Part shown: positions 48,993-61,131 of the stretch, in pieces
Layout of the letters: each line of letters begins with the position of its first letter
How positions within the stretch are numbered: position 1 is the stretch's first letter
NCBI RefSeq assembly: GCF_963676685.1
Contig: NC_092351.1
Span: 12,028,001 to 12,092,000, forward strand
Reading direction: 5' to 3'
Source: Mytilus edulis
Taxonomy: Eukaryota
Length of the DNA: 64,000 nt
Position numbers and translations under genes: made by a program
Notes under the pieces: generated by a model
The model's database searches: none
What the model was told of the DNA's origin: nothing
The model's input: the letters and a program-made list of their open reading frames with translations, nothing else

Positions 48993-51731
48993 GGCCGACA
49001 CTCGGCTAACCGAGAGATTGGTCGGTTAATCTATATTGAGTATGCGGCTATATCGGAGGTTGGTCTGTTAATCGGGTTGGCTAAAGTCTGTTAATCAGGA
49101 GTTATCGAGAAAATCATTGCAAGTTCAGCATGTTTCATTGTATAACTTTTTAAATATATTTTTATCATAAAAATTAGTCATGTCTAACAAAACAATTCAA
49201 TGTACTGAATCCAGTGGTGTAATTAATTTTTTTCTAGCTTCGATGTACGATCTATAAAATGAAAAGGCGGGTTACTCATCAATAAATTTATACACATTTT
49301 ACACACACAAAATGTACACAAAATGACACGTTGGTTGAATTTACTTGCATGCAATATTTTGAATATCGAAAAAAGACGGGCATTATGTTTGTCAGCCATA
49401 TTGATATCATCGTGTGAAAAATCTACACGAAAATCTGTATTTGGTGACACTAATTAATCTTTATTTAAAACCTGGTCTGTTAATGGGTCGGATATATAAA
49501 ACCCGGTCTGTTAATTGGTCTGTTAAGAGTTATGAATGGCAACACAAGTATAATTTTATTGCTATATGGGGTGACTGTTATCGGATCAAATGGGTAGGCT
49601 CAAGGCCAGCAACTAAAATATACGATAACAACACATGAATAATGAAACATAAAATATACGGAATTCTTATATGACGTGTTTCTTTCGCTTTGTGAACAAA
49701 CACATGCACTAAATCCAATAAAAATTGTTTGCACATGCGTATATTGACTTCTTCAGAATAATGAATTTTATCAAATTATCATTCTTTAACTTTTAAACAC
49801 TTTAAACTCTTAAATGGTGCACATAATGGTACCAATTTAATTATGATGACTGTAATGTGTTGCATTCCGAAATTGACATATTTGACCTAGATACGACAAC
49901 CGTTCATGCTGGCTGTTCAAACTCCTTCCTCTGAAAAATCACAGCGCCAGCCGTTAGCTTCTTTACAAGTAAAAAAGTTAGGTTCATGGAAGAGCCTACA
50001 CAAACGCTTTTACACTTAATACTTATCGGACATAGAAATTACCTTAATTGTCCTATTCAGAATCGAAATAATGGATGCAAGCTATACTTTATTGTAGTTT
50101 TAACATCGGTAGGCATTATATTCGTGTTATTTTAGGCCTCACTATCGCTCGGTCAAAAATAATCACGAATATAATGCCTACCAATGTTAAAACTACAATT
50201 AAGTATTATAGCTTGCATCAATTATTTCTTAAACAACACGTGAACAATGACCAATTTAGACAATGGAAATTGAAAATTGATAAAAATGGTTTCAAAAAGT
50301 TTAATATTATAGTAATATTAATTTTATCCAAGAATGGTCGCATACTAGTATATCATGTGGATTCTGTTTACTGTTTAATTGTCATGAATGATGCCAATTT
50401 GTCATCTACATTGGTAACCAGTATATAAATCAGAGATACACGTCGTAATGTAACTAAACATCAGTAAGTAAAATCGCAAAGAATAATGAGTAAGATAAAT
50501 AAAATGTAGAGAAAAATGGCATAACAATTTTAAGAATACAGAAATAAACAATACCCCTAATCCGGACCCTACACGAGAATCTGGATGGAGACGCAGAATA
50601 TAGAATAATAGATAAGGAGAGTAGAGAGTGATGCATTGTTCAAAAAGAGAGAAAAAATAATAATTGTTTAAGAATACAGACATAAAACGGCCCTGTGCGA
50701 TGTACTCATATTGGTGACAAATGCTAGAAGTTTACATACGGACAACTGCAGTTCTCCTCTGCACTAATGTAGAAAGGAACTAAACGGAACAAAATGAATG
50801 AAAACTCAATAACCAAACCAAATGTAGCTGCATTCTCCCGTTTCCATTTACTTCTTTAGAATGATTTGTAAACAACATATGATTAAGTAATAGAAGAAAA
50901 GAACCAATTGGATAATGCTGACGAATAAGGGTTTAACGTCCAGTGACAAATATCAAGTGCATATGAGAGCGACAACAGGTTATATGTACCCTGTGTTGTA
51001 TTAGAGGGACACTTTCAGTCGGATTTGAGAACAAGCTACTTTGAACAGACAGACAAATTAAGGCTGATTGAAAACGTTAATAATAAATTCTTGCATATTC
51101 AAGCGGCCAATCCATATCACGCTATGTTGAAGTGACACACCCTTCAATTAAATGAAAAGAAAGTAAAAATAAAAATACTGTTATTAGAAGGATACTGTAT
51201 TGTCATTTTTTTTCTCTCTCGAGAACATCTCATTATTAACTTTTTCAATGGGAAAATATAAAGGTGGCTAAATAACTCTTAACTGACACAATTTCAATTG
51301 TCCAACCCATTAACAGACCTTATTCCCATAATTTTCACTAAAACGTGGTATTATTCACGTTATATTACAATTATGAAATATTTAATCATTTCAATTTGTT
51401 TTTTAGAACCAAAGTACTATTTTGTGTACTTTAAATGATATCTAGAATTGTTTGTTTCGCCTTTTATTAAAAAAATTGCTATGCGTATATATACGTATAA
51501 GCATAAATACTACATACTTGCGCGACGCCTTTTTGTTTTACTGAAAACTGCGCAGACTATGAAATATTTTTACAGGTTGAAAATGTTCTATGATAGATAT
51601 ATTTAACATTAAATTGTGCGTTTTACTCTTAACAGACGTATAACCAACCCGATTAACAGACCAATCGCCCATATAGCCGCATACTCAATATAGATTAACC
51701 GGCCAATCTCTCGGTTAGCCGAGTGTCGGTC
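48993..51731. mobile_element. 2.7-kb non-autonomous DNA transposon with ~110-bp TIRs and nested insertions
   Basis: GGCCGACACTCGGCTAACCGAGAGATTGG... versus ...CCAATCTCTCGGTTAGCCGAGTGTCGGTC; TCTGTTAA/TTAACAGA subterminal repeats; hairpin element inside (49880-50232). Confidence 0.85.
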
Positions 51732-53863
51732 TTTATTTAGATGTTATAGGTCAAACATTGCATGATCTCTTAGATTTTTCTTGTCCAATAGGTCTCTCAT
51801 TTACTGAGCTATTTTGAGATTAAAAAAAACTAATTGTATTTCAAAATGTTAAACTGCATACCTATTATTTTTCCTCCTTTTGGAATTTTCCTCGGATGTT
51901 TTTGTTGTTTTGTTTTTTTCTTTGGACATATCCATTTGACGTGGCTCGGTACTTGTAAATCCCGTCATTGTGTCATTGTGCTGTGGTTAAGTTTGTATTC
52001 TTGTCTTTGTCTAAATGCCTTTTTGTGTTTCTTTGTTGACATATTCGTTTGGTTTTTTACTAGGAATATAAAACGGTGTTGACTGCTGTAAACCTAGTTT
52101 TGAAATATTTGCCTATTGTTTGTGGGTTTTTGTTCGCACATCGTTATCGATTTAATAGAATTCTGTGCGACTGTGAGAGGTTTAGCTAGCTATAAAACCA
52201 TCTTCCACATAAGAAAATGCCTGTACAAAATCATGAATATGGCAGTTGTTATCCATTCGTTTCTTGTGTTTGAGCTTTTGATTTTGCCATTTGATAACGG
52301 ACTTTCCGTTTTGAATTTTCCTCAGAGTTCATTATTTTGTTATTTCACCTTTTTTTTTACAGGAAAAAAACCTGAACATGACCCTTTTTTTTAATTAAGT
52401 AAAGGTTTGCAACTGTTAAGTTTGCATTTTGGTGCATACTCCGTTCCTCACAATATGTCAATAAAAAGCAAATTATGTCTCTAAATTGATGTGCTCTGTA
52501 AATTATTTATTCGATTACACTGAAAGTGTCATAATGACTTTATAAAGAGAGATGTTGTATTTTCAGGTTAACATAACGAAAATTAAAGCGAATTACAAAA
52601 ATAAGTTTACTCGTCAACAAAAGTAACGATACACAATTTTGAACTCCAATTTGTCATAAAATATAAGAAATAAGAAAAACTGTTTTCTCAATGAAAAATT
52701 ATTGAACACGGGGGTTAATTTTATTTTGGGGAAATTGATGACAAAAGTCGGCACTTAATTTCGAAGATGAGAATTAAGTATTCAAATATCTGCAAAGACC
52801 GTCAAAGTTTAAAGCAGACCATATTTAAGTTTAAAACTTTTAGTTCCAACATCGATTTTTAAATTTTGGAGTAAAAATACGGTTTTTGAAGAAAAAAAAA
52901 TCAAAAAAAATCGTGTATTTGTAACTTGGTGCTGGTAAACGACTTTTCCATGAAAACACTGTTAAAAAACTTGCATGATACGAATGGTTTTGATATGAAA
53001 ATAACACTCTTTTAATATTTACCTTGGTACTTTTGTATGTAATTTCATTTGATATGGAAAATACATTGCCTTGTACCGTTACTTTCTTTTGTTGACTAAT
53101 ATACTTACAAACAGGTCCTTATTTTAATACGTATCCAATACCTAAAATGTACAGTCTGATGTTCTCTGCTTTTGTATTGTTTTTGGTTCTGTCTCATTGA
53201 CGTATAACCCCATGCACAATGGAATTGTCAATCAAATATTAATGTTTACTACGGCTTCATAAACCACATACACCTGCATTTGAGTTGGATAAAAGGCCTG
53301 TGAGTATACAATAATGTAAATATATCTTATTGTAGAAATACATTTCAAACCACGATCCAGATAATTTAACAGTAATAAAGAAAGAAAAAACCACATAGGA
53401 AAGATTTTATGTATTATAAATTTATGTTTACCTAATTCTTCAAACTTGAAACCTGATTTGACACGAGGAAGGAAATTAAAAATATGCTCGTTTAATTAGA
53501 TTTTACTATAGACTACTACAGTATTTGTTGTTTTACATTTATTTTATCAATCAATAAGCGATAAACATAGACTTTAAACTATCTTATTCTATGTGTTAAC
53601 AAATCTGTTTATATGAAAAATAGTCGTGAGAAACAATAGACAACATTATTTTATGAATTTTTTTTCACCATTTTGAACAAAGTTTTAACCGTATATTTGA
53701 TTAAAGTTTGAGATCGCAAACCACTGTATTGATTTTAACAGGTACATCATGGGTTGGAAATAATCGTCTCCCACTCGTGTCGCCGCGAGTTATACAATTA
53801 TTCTCCGTCTGTCCGGAACATAGCAATACTCAGAGACCGTTTAGAACATACATTTCATACTTA

Positions 53864-55084
53864 AGGGACGACCATTTGATATTCGGGGGGGGGGGGGGGG
53901 AGGACAGGTTATCTATTTTTTGCACTATTGAAGCAAGATTTTTCATTTGTATTAGAGCAAGGGACTGATTTTTTTATTATTTACCATATTTGAAATATTC
54001 GAAAACATACAATTTTTAAATTATTTGTTTATTATAAATAATACATAGATAGTCAAGCCATTATGTTCCATTTAATCAGAATTAATCATCATCCTCTGCA
54101 GAAATGAATCTTCTATATTCCGAACTGCATATACATGTATTGCGTACATACACAGTATTAAAGTATGTTTGTATATTTTTTTTGAAGGGTTTTGGCGCCA
54201 CTGAAGACCCAAGAAGCTATAGAACAAATGATGCAAAATCATGCTTTCTAGGTGTTCCCAGACCCTTTCTTAATCTGAAAATGCAAGTTCTGTTTTAATA
54301 AATTTTTGACAATATTTTGGTCTCAAAGCAAAATGTATACATTTTGTAGATACAGTGTAAGACTTAAGTTGATAGGGACAACACAAAAAGACCAATTATG
54401 CATGATAAAGCAAAAATGATATTCACATATTTAAGTCTGTGGCTTCTGTTTTTTTTTTAAACTCATGATCAAGTTAATAACAAAATTACTTAATTACAAA
54501 AGGAATGCAACACTAACAGAATAAAGAAGGGCAATCAATGAACAAAAGACAAATAAATAAGAAACATTGATCCCGAAAAATCAGGGGCTACGTCTGAGGA
54601 AGAACAGAACTTGCTTCTTCCAAGGCACTCGCCGTGAGCACAATTTGATATGGAGACAAGTGTTTGGTTTTTTAATTTCCTACATGAAGCATTTGCCTCA
54701 ATGTAGTTGCGGCCCTGTAATGAAATAGAGGTAAGTGTTCCTGAGAAAATATACCTCATGTTAAATGAAACTAATTTTCAGACATTTCAAGTATATCTAA
54801 ATAATATTTATACTTTTATCATTAAAAGATTTAAAATTGGGAAGTGTTTCACGATTTTTTTTTGGAAAAATAGATGAATTTATGAAGAATATGGTGCCAT
54901 CTCATACTTTTGATTAGACCTGCTGAGTTATTTATTTTCAATCTATTGCAAGTCAGGTAATTTATTTTTAAACTACCACAGAACAAACCATTTATTTTTG
55001 TGATTATCAAGGCAGAGTTATTTATTTTCAAAATCCATCTCCCCCCCCCCCCAACCACCACCAGAATATCAAATGGTCGTCCCT
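53864..55084. mobile_element. 1.2-kb MITE
   Basis: Perfect 21-bp TIRs AGGGACGACCATTTGATATTC / GAATATCAAATGGTCGTCCCT with adjacent G/C runs; TA flanks. Confidence 0.85.
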
Positions 55085-56189
55085 TATTATGATGTTGTGT
55101 CGTCGTATTCTCTTGGCCAGGCTATATTTATATTGTCTATTTCTTTTGACTACTTTTGACTACTTTTACGATTTATTGTTTTAATTATAATAGTCAACGG
55201 CACCTTGTGAATGGAAATTCTCTGAGTTCGTTATGATAAAAACTCTCAGACCTGGTAGGATTGTTTGCCATCATGAGTAACTGACCATATCTTTTCGCCA
55301 TTGTGATTCGACCATTTTTCAGGAAATTATTGGACTTTGGATATTTATTCTAGTATTGTGACAATAACGTCCTGTAAACTCAACTCCGCTGAGCCAGTTT
55401 TACAGAAAGCTCTCATACTTTGTAAAATTGTTTGACATCATGTGTACATTATGTAGTTGAATATTATACTGCCAATTTGATGTGAACATATTTACGGGAG
55501 TTATGGGACTTTGACAAACGACAATTATAACAAAATACACACTGATTTCATTGTGATGGACTTTTTCAAAGCATCTGCAAAAGAATATTATAAAAATTTT
55601 GATTATTAAGGGAGTATTGCAAGAATATCAATTCATGAACTCGAATCCTTGAAAACCGTTTTACAGAAAGCTACCATATTTGGTAGGATTGTTTGCCATC
55701 ATAAGTAGAGGACCATATTGTATCAACTTTTAATTCGATCAATTTTGTATTATTGTGCCACTAACATCCAAGACTTGTTAATGTGAATTATATGAGACTG
55801 TTTGACAGAAAGCTCTTTTATTCAGTACTAGTGTGTGCCTTAATTTATGTGTGAGTAGTTGACCATGTTGTACCACCATATGATATGAGATTTCACCATC
55901 TATAGAACATTGTTCTGATAACACCTTATGAACACAAATTCTCAATCCGTTCACATGAAACTCTAATAAGCCTAATAATTTTTTTAGATTATTGTTAAAC
56001 GAGTTTTTTCATTTCTAATAATGACCTAAACTTTAGCAAAATCATTCTGTAGAGCTGCTAAACCTTGTCTTTATTCATTTTAGGTATAGAAATGCTGATT
56101 TAGGCAAATTACTATTGATTATAATTATCAAATTGGATTGTCAGTCATGTCCAGCCCTGTGATTGGGATACAACCTTTAAAAATTACAC

Positions 56190-56587
56190 TTAAGGATGTT
56201 TGCTTGTCATGTTTTTGGAATTTTAGTCAGATTTTTGAAATCCTCTGGTTTTATCCATTTGAATGCCTTAAAATATTTTGCCCATTGACCCCCAATTTTC
56301 TTTTTATAAATCTAATACATGTATAATTATAAACTATTTGTAAAAGTCTTATCAAATCTTTTTATCTTTTAAAAGTTTTTGAGAACTTTAATTGGTCAAT
56401 GACAAAACTAAGAAAATTCTAGACAGAACATTTTCCCGCCAAAATTCCAATGGCTAATATCTCGAAAACAAGTACATTGACCCCTATATTTTTTTTGCTT
56501 TTTTGCTTCCTTAATTAATCCCCTATCAATATATAATAGTTTTATGGAAAGCTGTTTATTTTGAAACTAAGCAGCGAACTTCCTTAA
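56190..56587. mobile_element. TTAA-flanked MITE (Kolobok-like)
   Basis: TTAA-GGATGTTTGCT ... AGCGAACTTCC-TTAA. Confidence 0.6.
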
Positions 56588-58249
56588 ATAAACTTCGTTC
56601 GTCCGAAGTCTCAAACTACATCATTTAAAAAAAAAACCAAGAATGAATGAAAAAGTTGTATTGTTAGGAGTTTTATGATCCATAAATGGACCTCAAATGA
56701 TAGCAAAATTCATTTTAGATGTCGGAGATATTTGACATCTTAGTTTCGTCGTAATACAGGCATTGTAGAAAAACAATTGATATTTTACAATATGATTCTG
56801 AACTCTAGAATGACTCGATACAGAAAAAATAAGACAGTGGAAAGAGACCTGACAGTGAATGAAGACTCTAGACAATTGCATCTTCCTCGTGACATCATTC
56901 CTCTTATAACATGAATACTATATGATGTTCGGAAACCTTGGACCTGTAGCATGTTTTAAAAAAATAATATTTTACTTTTTTCCTTACATAACGGGTAACC
57001 AGCCGGTGCCGTTTGTGAGGTTATACAAAACAGATTTTGTTTGCCTGTTATTCGTGAATTTTTAAGAAATGGGGTAAAGCAAATGTAGTAAATTGGAGTT
57101 AATTTAAATTGATATTTTGCACAATTGGTCATTTAAATGCTTCTTGTTTAAGATTAGAATATAGAAGAAGAGGAAGAAGAATATTTATTATTCCAATCAA
57201 GTGCCCTTGATGGGCAGCATAGCATGTACACATAACACGATACATCATGATTTGTAACAGAAAAACATTTTATGTTCTAAAATGAAACAATAAAAAGTTC
57301 AGACACAGATGTTATTATCTTCTTTCTATATAAGTGCAATGAGTGCAAATATATAAGCGAACCATGTGTGTAATCTGAATTTAAAAAATTTAAACCAAGA
57401 GATATTTTTAGAAAGTTGGTCAACCATTGTAGAATATTAAAGACGCCATATGATCTGTATATATAGGGTATAAACGGCATTTCAAGAAAATCCTTTAGTT
57501 CTCAAATTCTTTATTGTTTACAAAATCTCTCCAACTATAAATAACTATGAACCCCTTTTGCTAAGGTATTAAAGGTGTTGCAAATTAAGAATTATTCATT
57601 GTATTTGGTACATTAACATTTGTAAGCATATTTGTGAGTTTTGATTTTGTTCGAGTAAAGAGTAATTCAAATTTCGAGAAATGTACTAATAGAACAATTT
57701 CGTGTTGTCATTATACACATTGTTATATGATCAGAGGGGAGGGGTTTCCTGGAACGTGTGGTTTTGTGTTTCTATAAGGGATTTCAATGTTTTATAAGGG
57801 TCTTAAAGGGTGTTCTTCATTTCCACATTCCTTACTTTTGAATGGTCATATTTCTTTATCTTTAAAAATAACGCTTTCTCTGTAAAATTCTCATGACAAT
57901 TGAACTTCTTAATTTATACATAATTATATGATTTATTCATTCTGTACGTCTTACATTTCTGTACCAGACTATTCATAATCAGTATTTCATAATCTAATTA
58001 GTTATTTTCCATTGTAATTACACCTTATGTAAGAATCCGGGGTTTTGATTGGTTAATAGCCAGTGTATTTTTCACCAATTTACTGTTATCAAATGAATAT
58101 CGTTCATTTTTAACGCCGCCAGGGTATTTGCTAAAAGGATATGCCTTTTTTACCCTCTCTGCCATGGTATTTGCCAAAAAATACTCTATCCGACTGGACG
58201 CTTGTAACGTCACGATCATCAATGCGTTTTAGTACATTAACATTCGGTG

Positions 58250-58406
58250 TAATTAAACAGATATATCATGTTATTGAGGGGTATTTGCGAAAAATACCAG
58301 TCTTGAGAATGAATTTCCCTCGCCTTACGGCTCGTGAAATTTAACATTCTCTCGACTGGTATTTTTCGCAAATACCCCTCCTTAACATGATATATCTGTT
58401 CATTAT
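58250..58406. repeat. ~155-bp hairpin element
   Basis: AACAGATATATCATGTTA..GAGGGGTATTTGCGAAAAATACCAGTC arm and its reverse complement around CTCGCCTTACGGCTCG. Confidence 0.85.
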
Positions 58407-60505
58407 TCTTTACACTTTTGCATTTCATTATCCTCTATCATTTATTTACTCCCGCCGCACGGCAAAAGGGGCATTAAGTGTGTCCCTTAACCGTCCATCC
58501 TTCCGCCTGTCGTACCGTCCGTCAATCTGTTTGTTTGTCTCATGACACATATAAGCAAGCTTGAGTGGGGGCATTCGTGTCATCTGACAAATTCTCAGAC
58601 TTTCTTAAATTTTCTGTATTGTACGTTATATTTTATAATTGTTTTGCTATCTTTCTCTATTATGCAACCTCGATTAAGACCTTAGCTCACCTATACCAAA
58701 CCAAGTATCTTATTTCCATTTAGAGATGTATATTTTTACAGTATATACTGAAAGTAATCATATGACTTTTAAAAGCTTTAAACAAAACATAATGTCTATA
58801 AAATACTTACAAGAATTAACTTCTTATACAGGAAGAAATATGTTCATTATGTATACATATACATATATATTCATTCATGTTAGATCTTACCTTTAACATA
58901 AAATTTTTAGAACGTGACTACCTTTATAAATTCCCAAAATGATCATTTCGGGGTATTTCGAATCAATATACCTTCCATAAAATCACAATTTAGCAATATA
59001 AGTTTGACTATTTTTATATTACCGCCCAACAATAGTTTAAAGGGTATGTAAAGACTATCTTTCCGATCTATATATTTGCAAAAGGCTAATTGACATTTCA
59101 GAATGATATACATAACCTTAAACATTGTAAAATTTTATAAAAAAAAACCCCATTCTTTCACATATCGCTCAATAGCTGTAATAAAATGCGAACACAAGGT
59201 TGGAGAGGTAATCTTGAAACATGTAATGTATAGAAAATAGTACGTTGTTAAGCCTATTATTCGACCAATGAGTCTGCGATCTTTAGGTGACCTCTATGTT
59301 TTTCTATACGCTGGCTGTCATACGACATAAGGCATCCCTATTTGACGTACACAAATACAGCCAACTATAACGTAAGTAATTTCGGTCATTACTTTATTAA
59401 AACTAGGGAAAGTTTGAGAAAAGGTATAACCATATTAAGATCCATTTTGGTACAAATTACTATTTATATACAGTGTCAAGCAATGATTATTTTAATTGTT
59501 CAATAATTTAGGATTGAACAAACATTTCAGCAATGACATAACTGCACGTGTAAACTTTCTGGACAGCAAAATAACATTTGTATGGATGTATTATTTGTAT
59601 GATTTTTTAAAATATATTTAATTACATATTAATATATAGTACTAAGATATATAAACAACTGTTCTAGTTTCTCCTGCAATTTTAAAAAATAAAAGGCGAC
59701 AGGACTGCTTCCGGTTCCGGTTTACAGCAAGTTGAAATTTTTTCTAGTGAAATTTTGTTTGGTAAATCTGTGTCAATCATTCAAATTTGTGTCCATCCAA
59801 GCCAATTTATACATCAAATCACATCATTACATCATATTATCCATATATACCACATTATTTAAACCTTTGAACGTAATACCTGTGAATGGGGACGAAGTCT
59901 GTATTATTTATTTTTTTAATTCAAACATGTTGATAAAAGAAACGGAAATACCGTAACGTTTCCGATATTGGTTCTGTTGTTAGGGATTTAGTTGTGACGT
60001 TATTTTAGTTATGACGTCATATTTAATGTAAACAAATAAAAACGCTGTTATCCAGGTAACGTCTTTTTCATATCAAACAATTATTAAAATGATTGAGTGT
60101 TAAATTCCTTCCTATATTTGTTGATATGTTGATAAATATACATTTTATTCAAAGTCTCATGCAAACAAGAAACAAAGAATACCGGAAACGGAAGTAGATC
60201 TGAAAAAAAAGTAGATCTGAAAAAAAAGTTAACGATTTTGAGTTCATTTGTAGAATGAAAAATTCGGGAAATTTTCCCGATTTTTTTTTTTTTTTTTATT
60301 GATTTTTCTACCGTAATTGGGGACTTCGTCCCCATATAACATCAGAAATATGTAGCGAAAAAAAAGTCACCCACCACGTTTTTTCTCCTTGTCCGACATA
60401 GGGAGCCCTATACGGAACAAATCTACTGTTGAAAATAAAACAATTACTGTTTAAACTTTTCCATATTGCCACAAGTTGACTTAATACAGTTTATATAATA
60501 CATAT

Positions 60506-60830
60506 ATGTCGGTGACAAAAATATTGAAAGAAAGGAAGAAGTTTTACTCAAAAATAAGAGGTGCGGCGCTAAACCGAGAAACATACCTTTTCACCGATAG
60601 TAAAGGAGTTGGATTACAAGAATTCACACCAAATTCCGTTAAAGGAAATTTCAACGTGATATACAAAAGAGGGGCAACCATAGAAAATAAACATCATATT
60701 GGAGACCTACTTCAAAAACTAAAATCGTCATCATCAGATAACCCAATAGTTTACATATGGTTAGGCACTTGTGAAATTACAAGGAAAGTATATAGAACAA
60801 TAGAAACAAGAAAATACCCATACCAAAGCA
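60506..60830 (+). pseudogene. Truncated SGNH-hydrolase-like ORF
   Basis: YLFTDSKG (block I-like), KRGA (block II-like), YIWLGTCE (block III-like); cut by a repeat at ~60830. Confidence 0.5.
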
Positions 60831-61131
60831 CGTCCTTCAGCTGGCCCTAAACAAATATGTATAATAGTTCAGTGATAATGGACGTCATACTAAACTCCGA
60901 ATTATACACAAGAAACTAAAATTAAAAAACATACAAGAATAACAAAGGTCAGAGGCTCCTAACTTGGGTCATGCGCAAAATTCCAGCGGGGTTTAACTTG
61001 TTTTTGAGATCTCAACCCTCCCCATTTACATCTAGCCAATGTAGAAAAACCAAACTCACAACAATACGCATGTTGAATTAACAAATTTACTTATCAGATA
61101 CATGAAATTATTTCTGTGACTGCATCTTACG

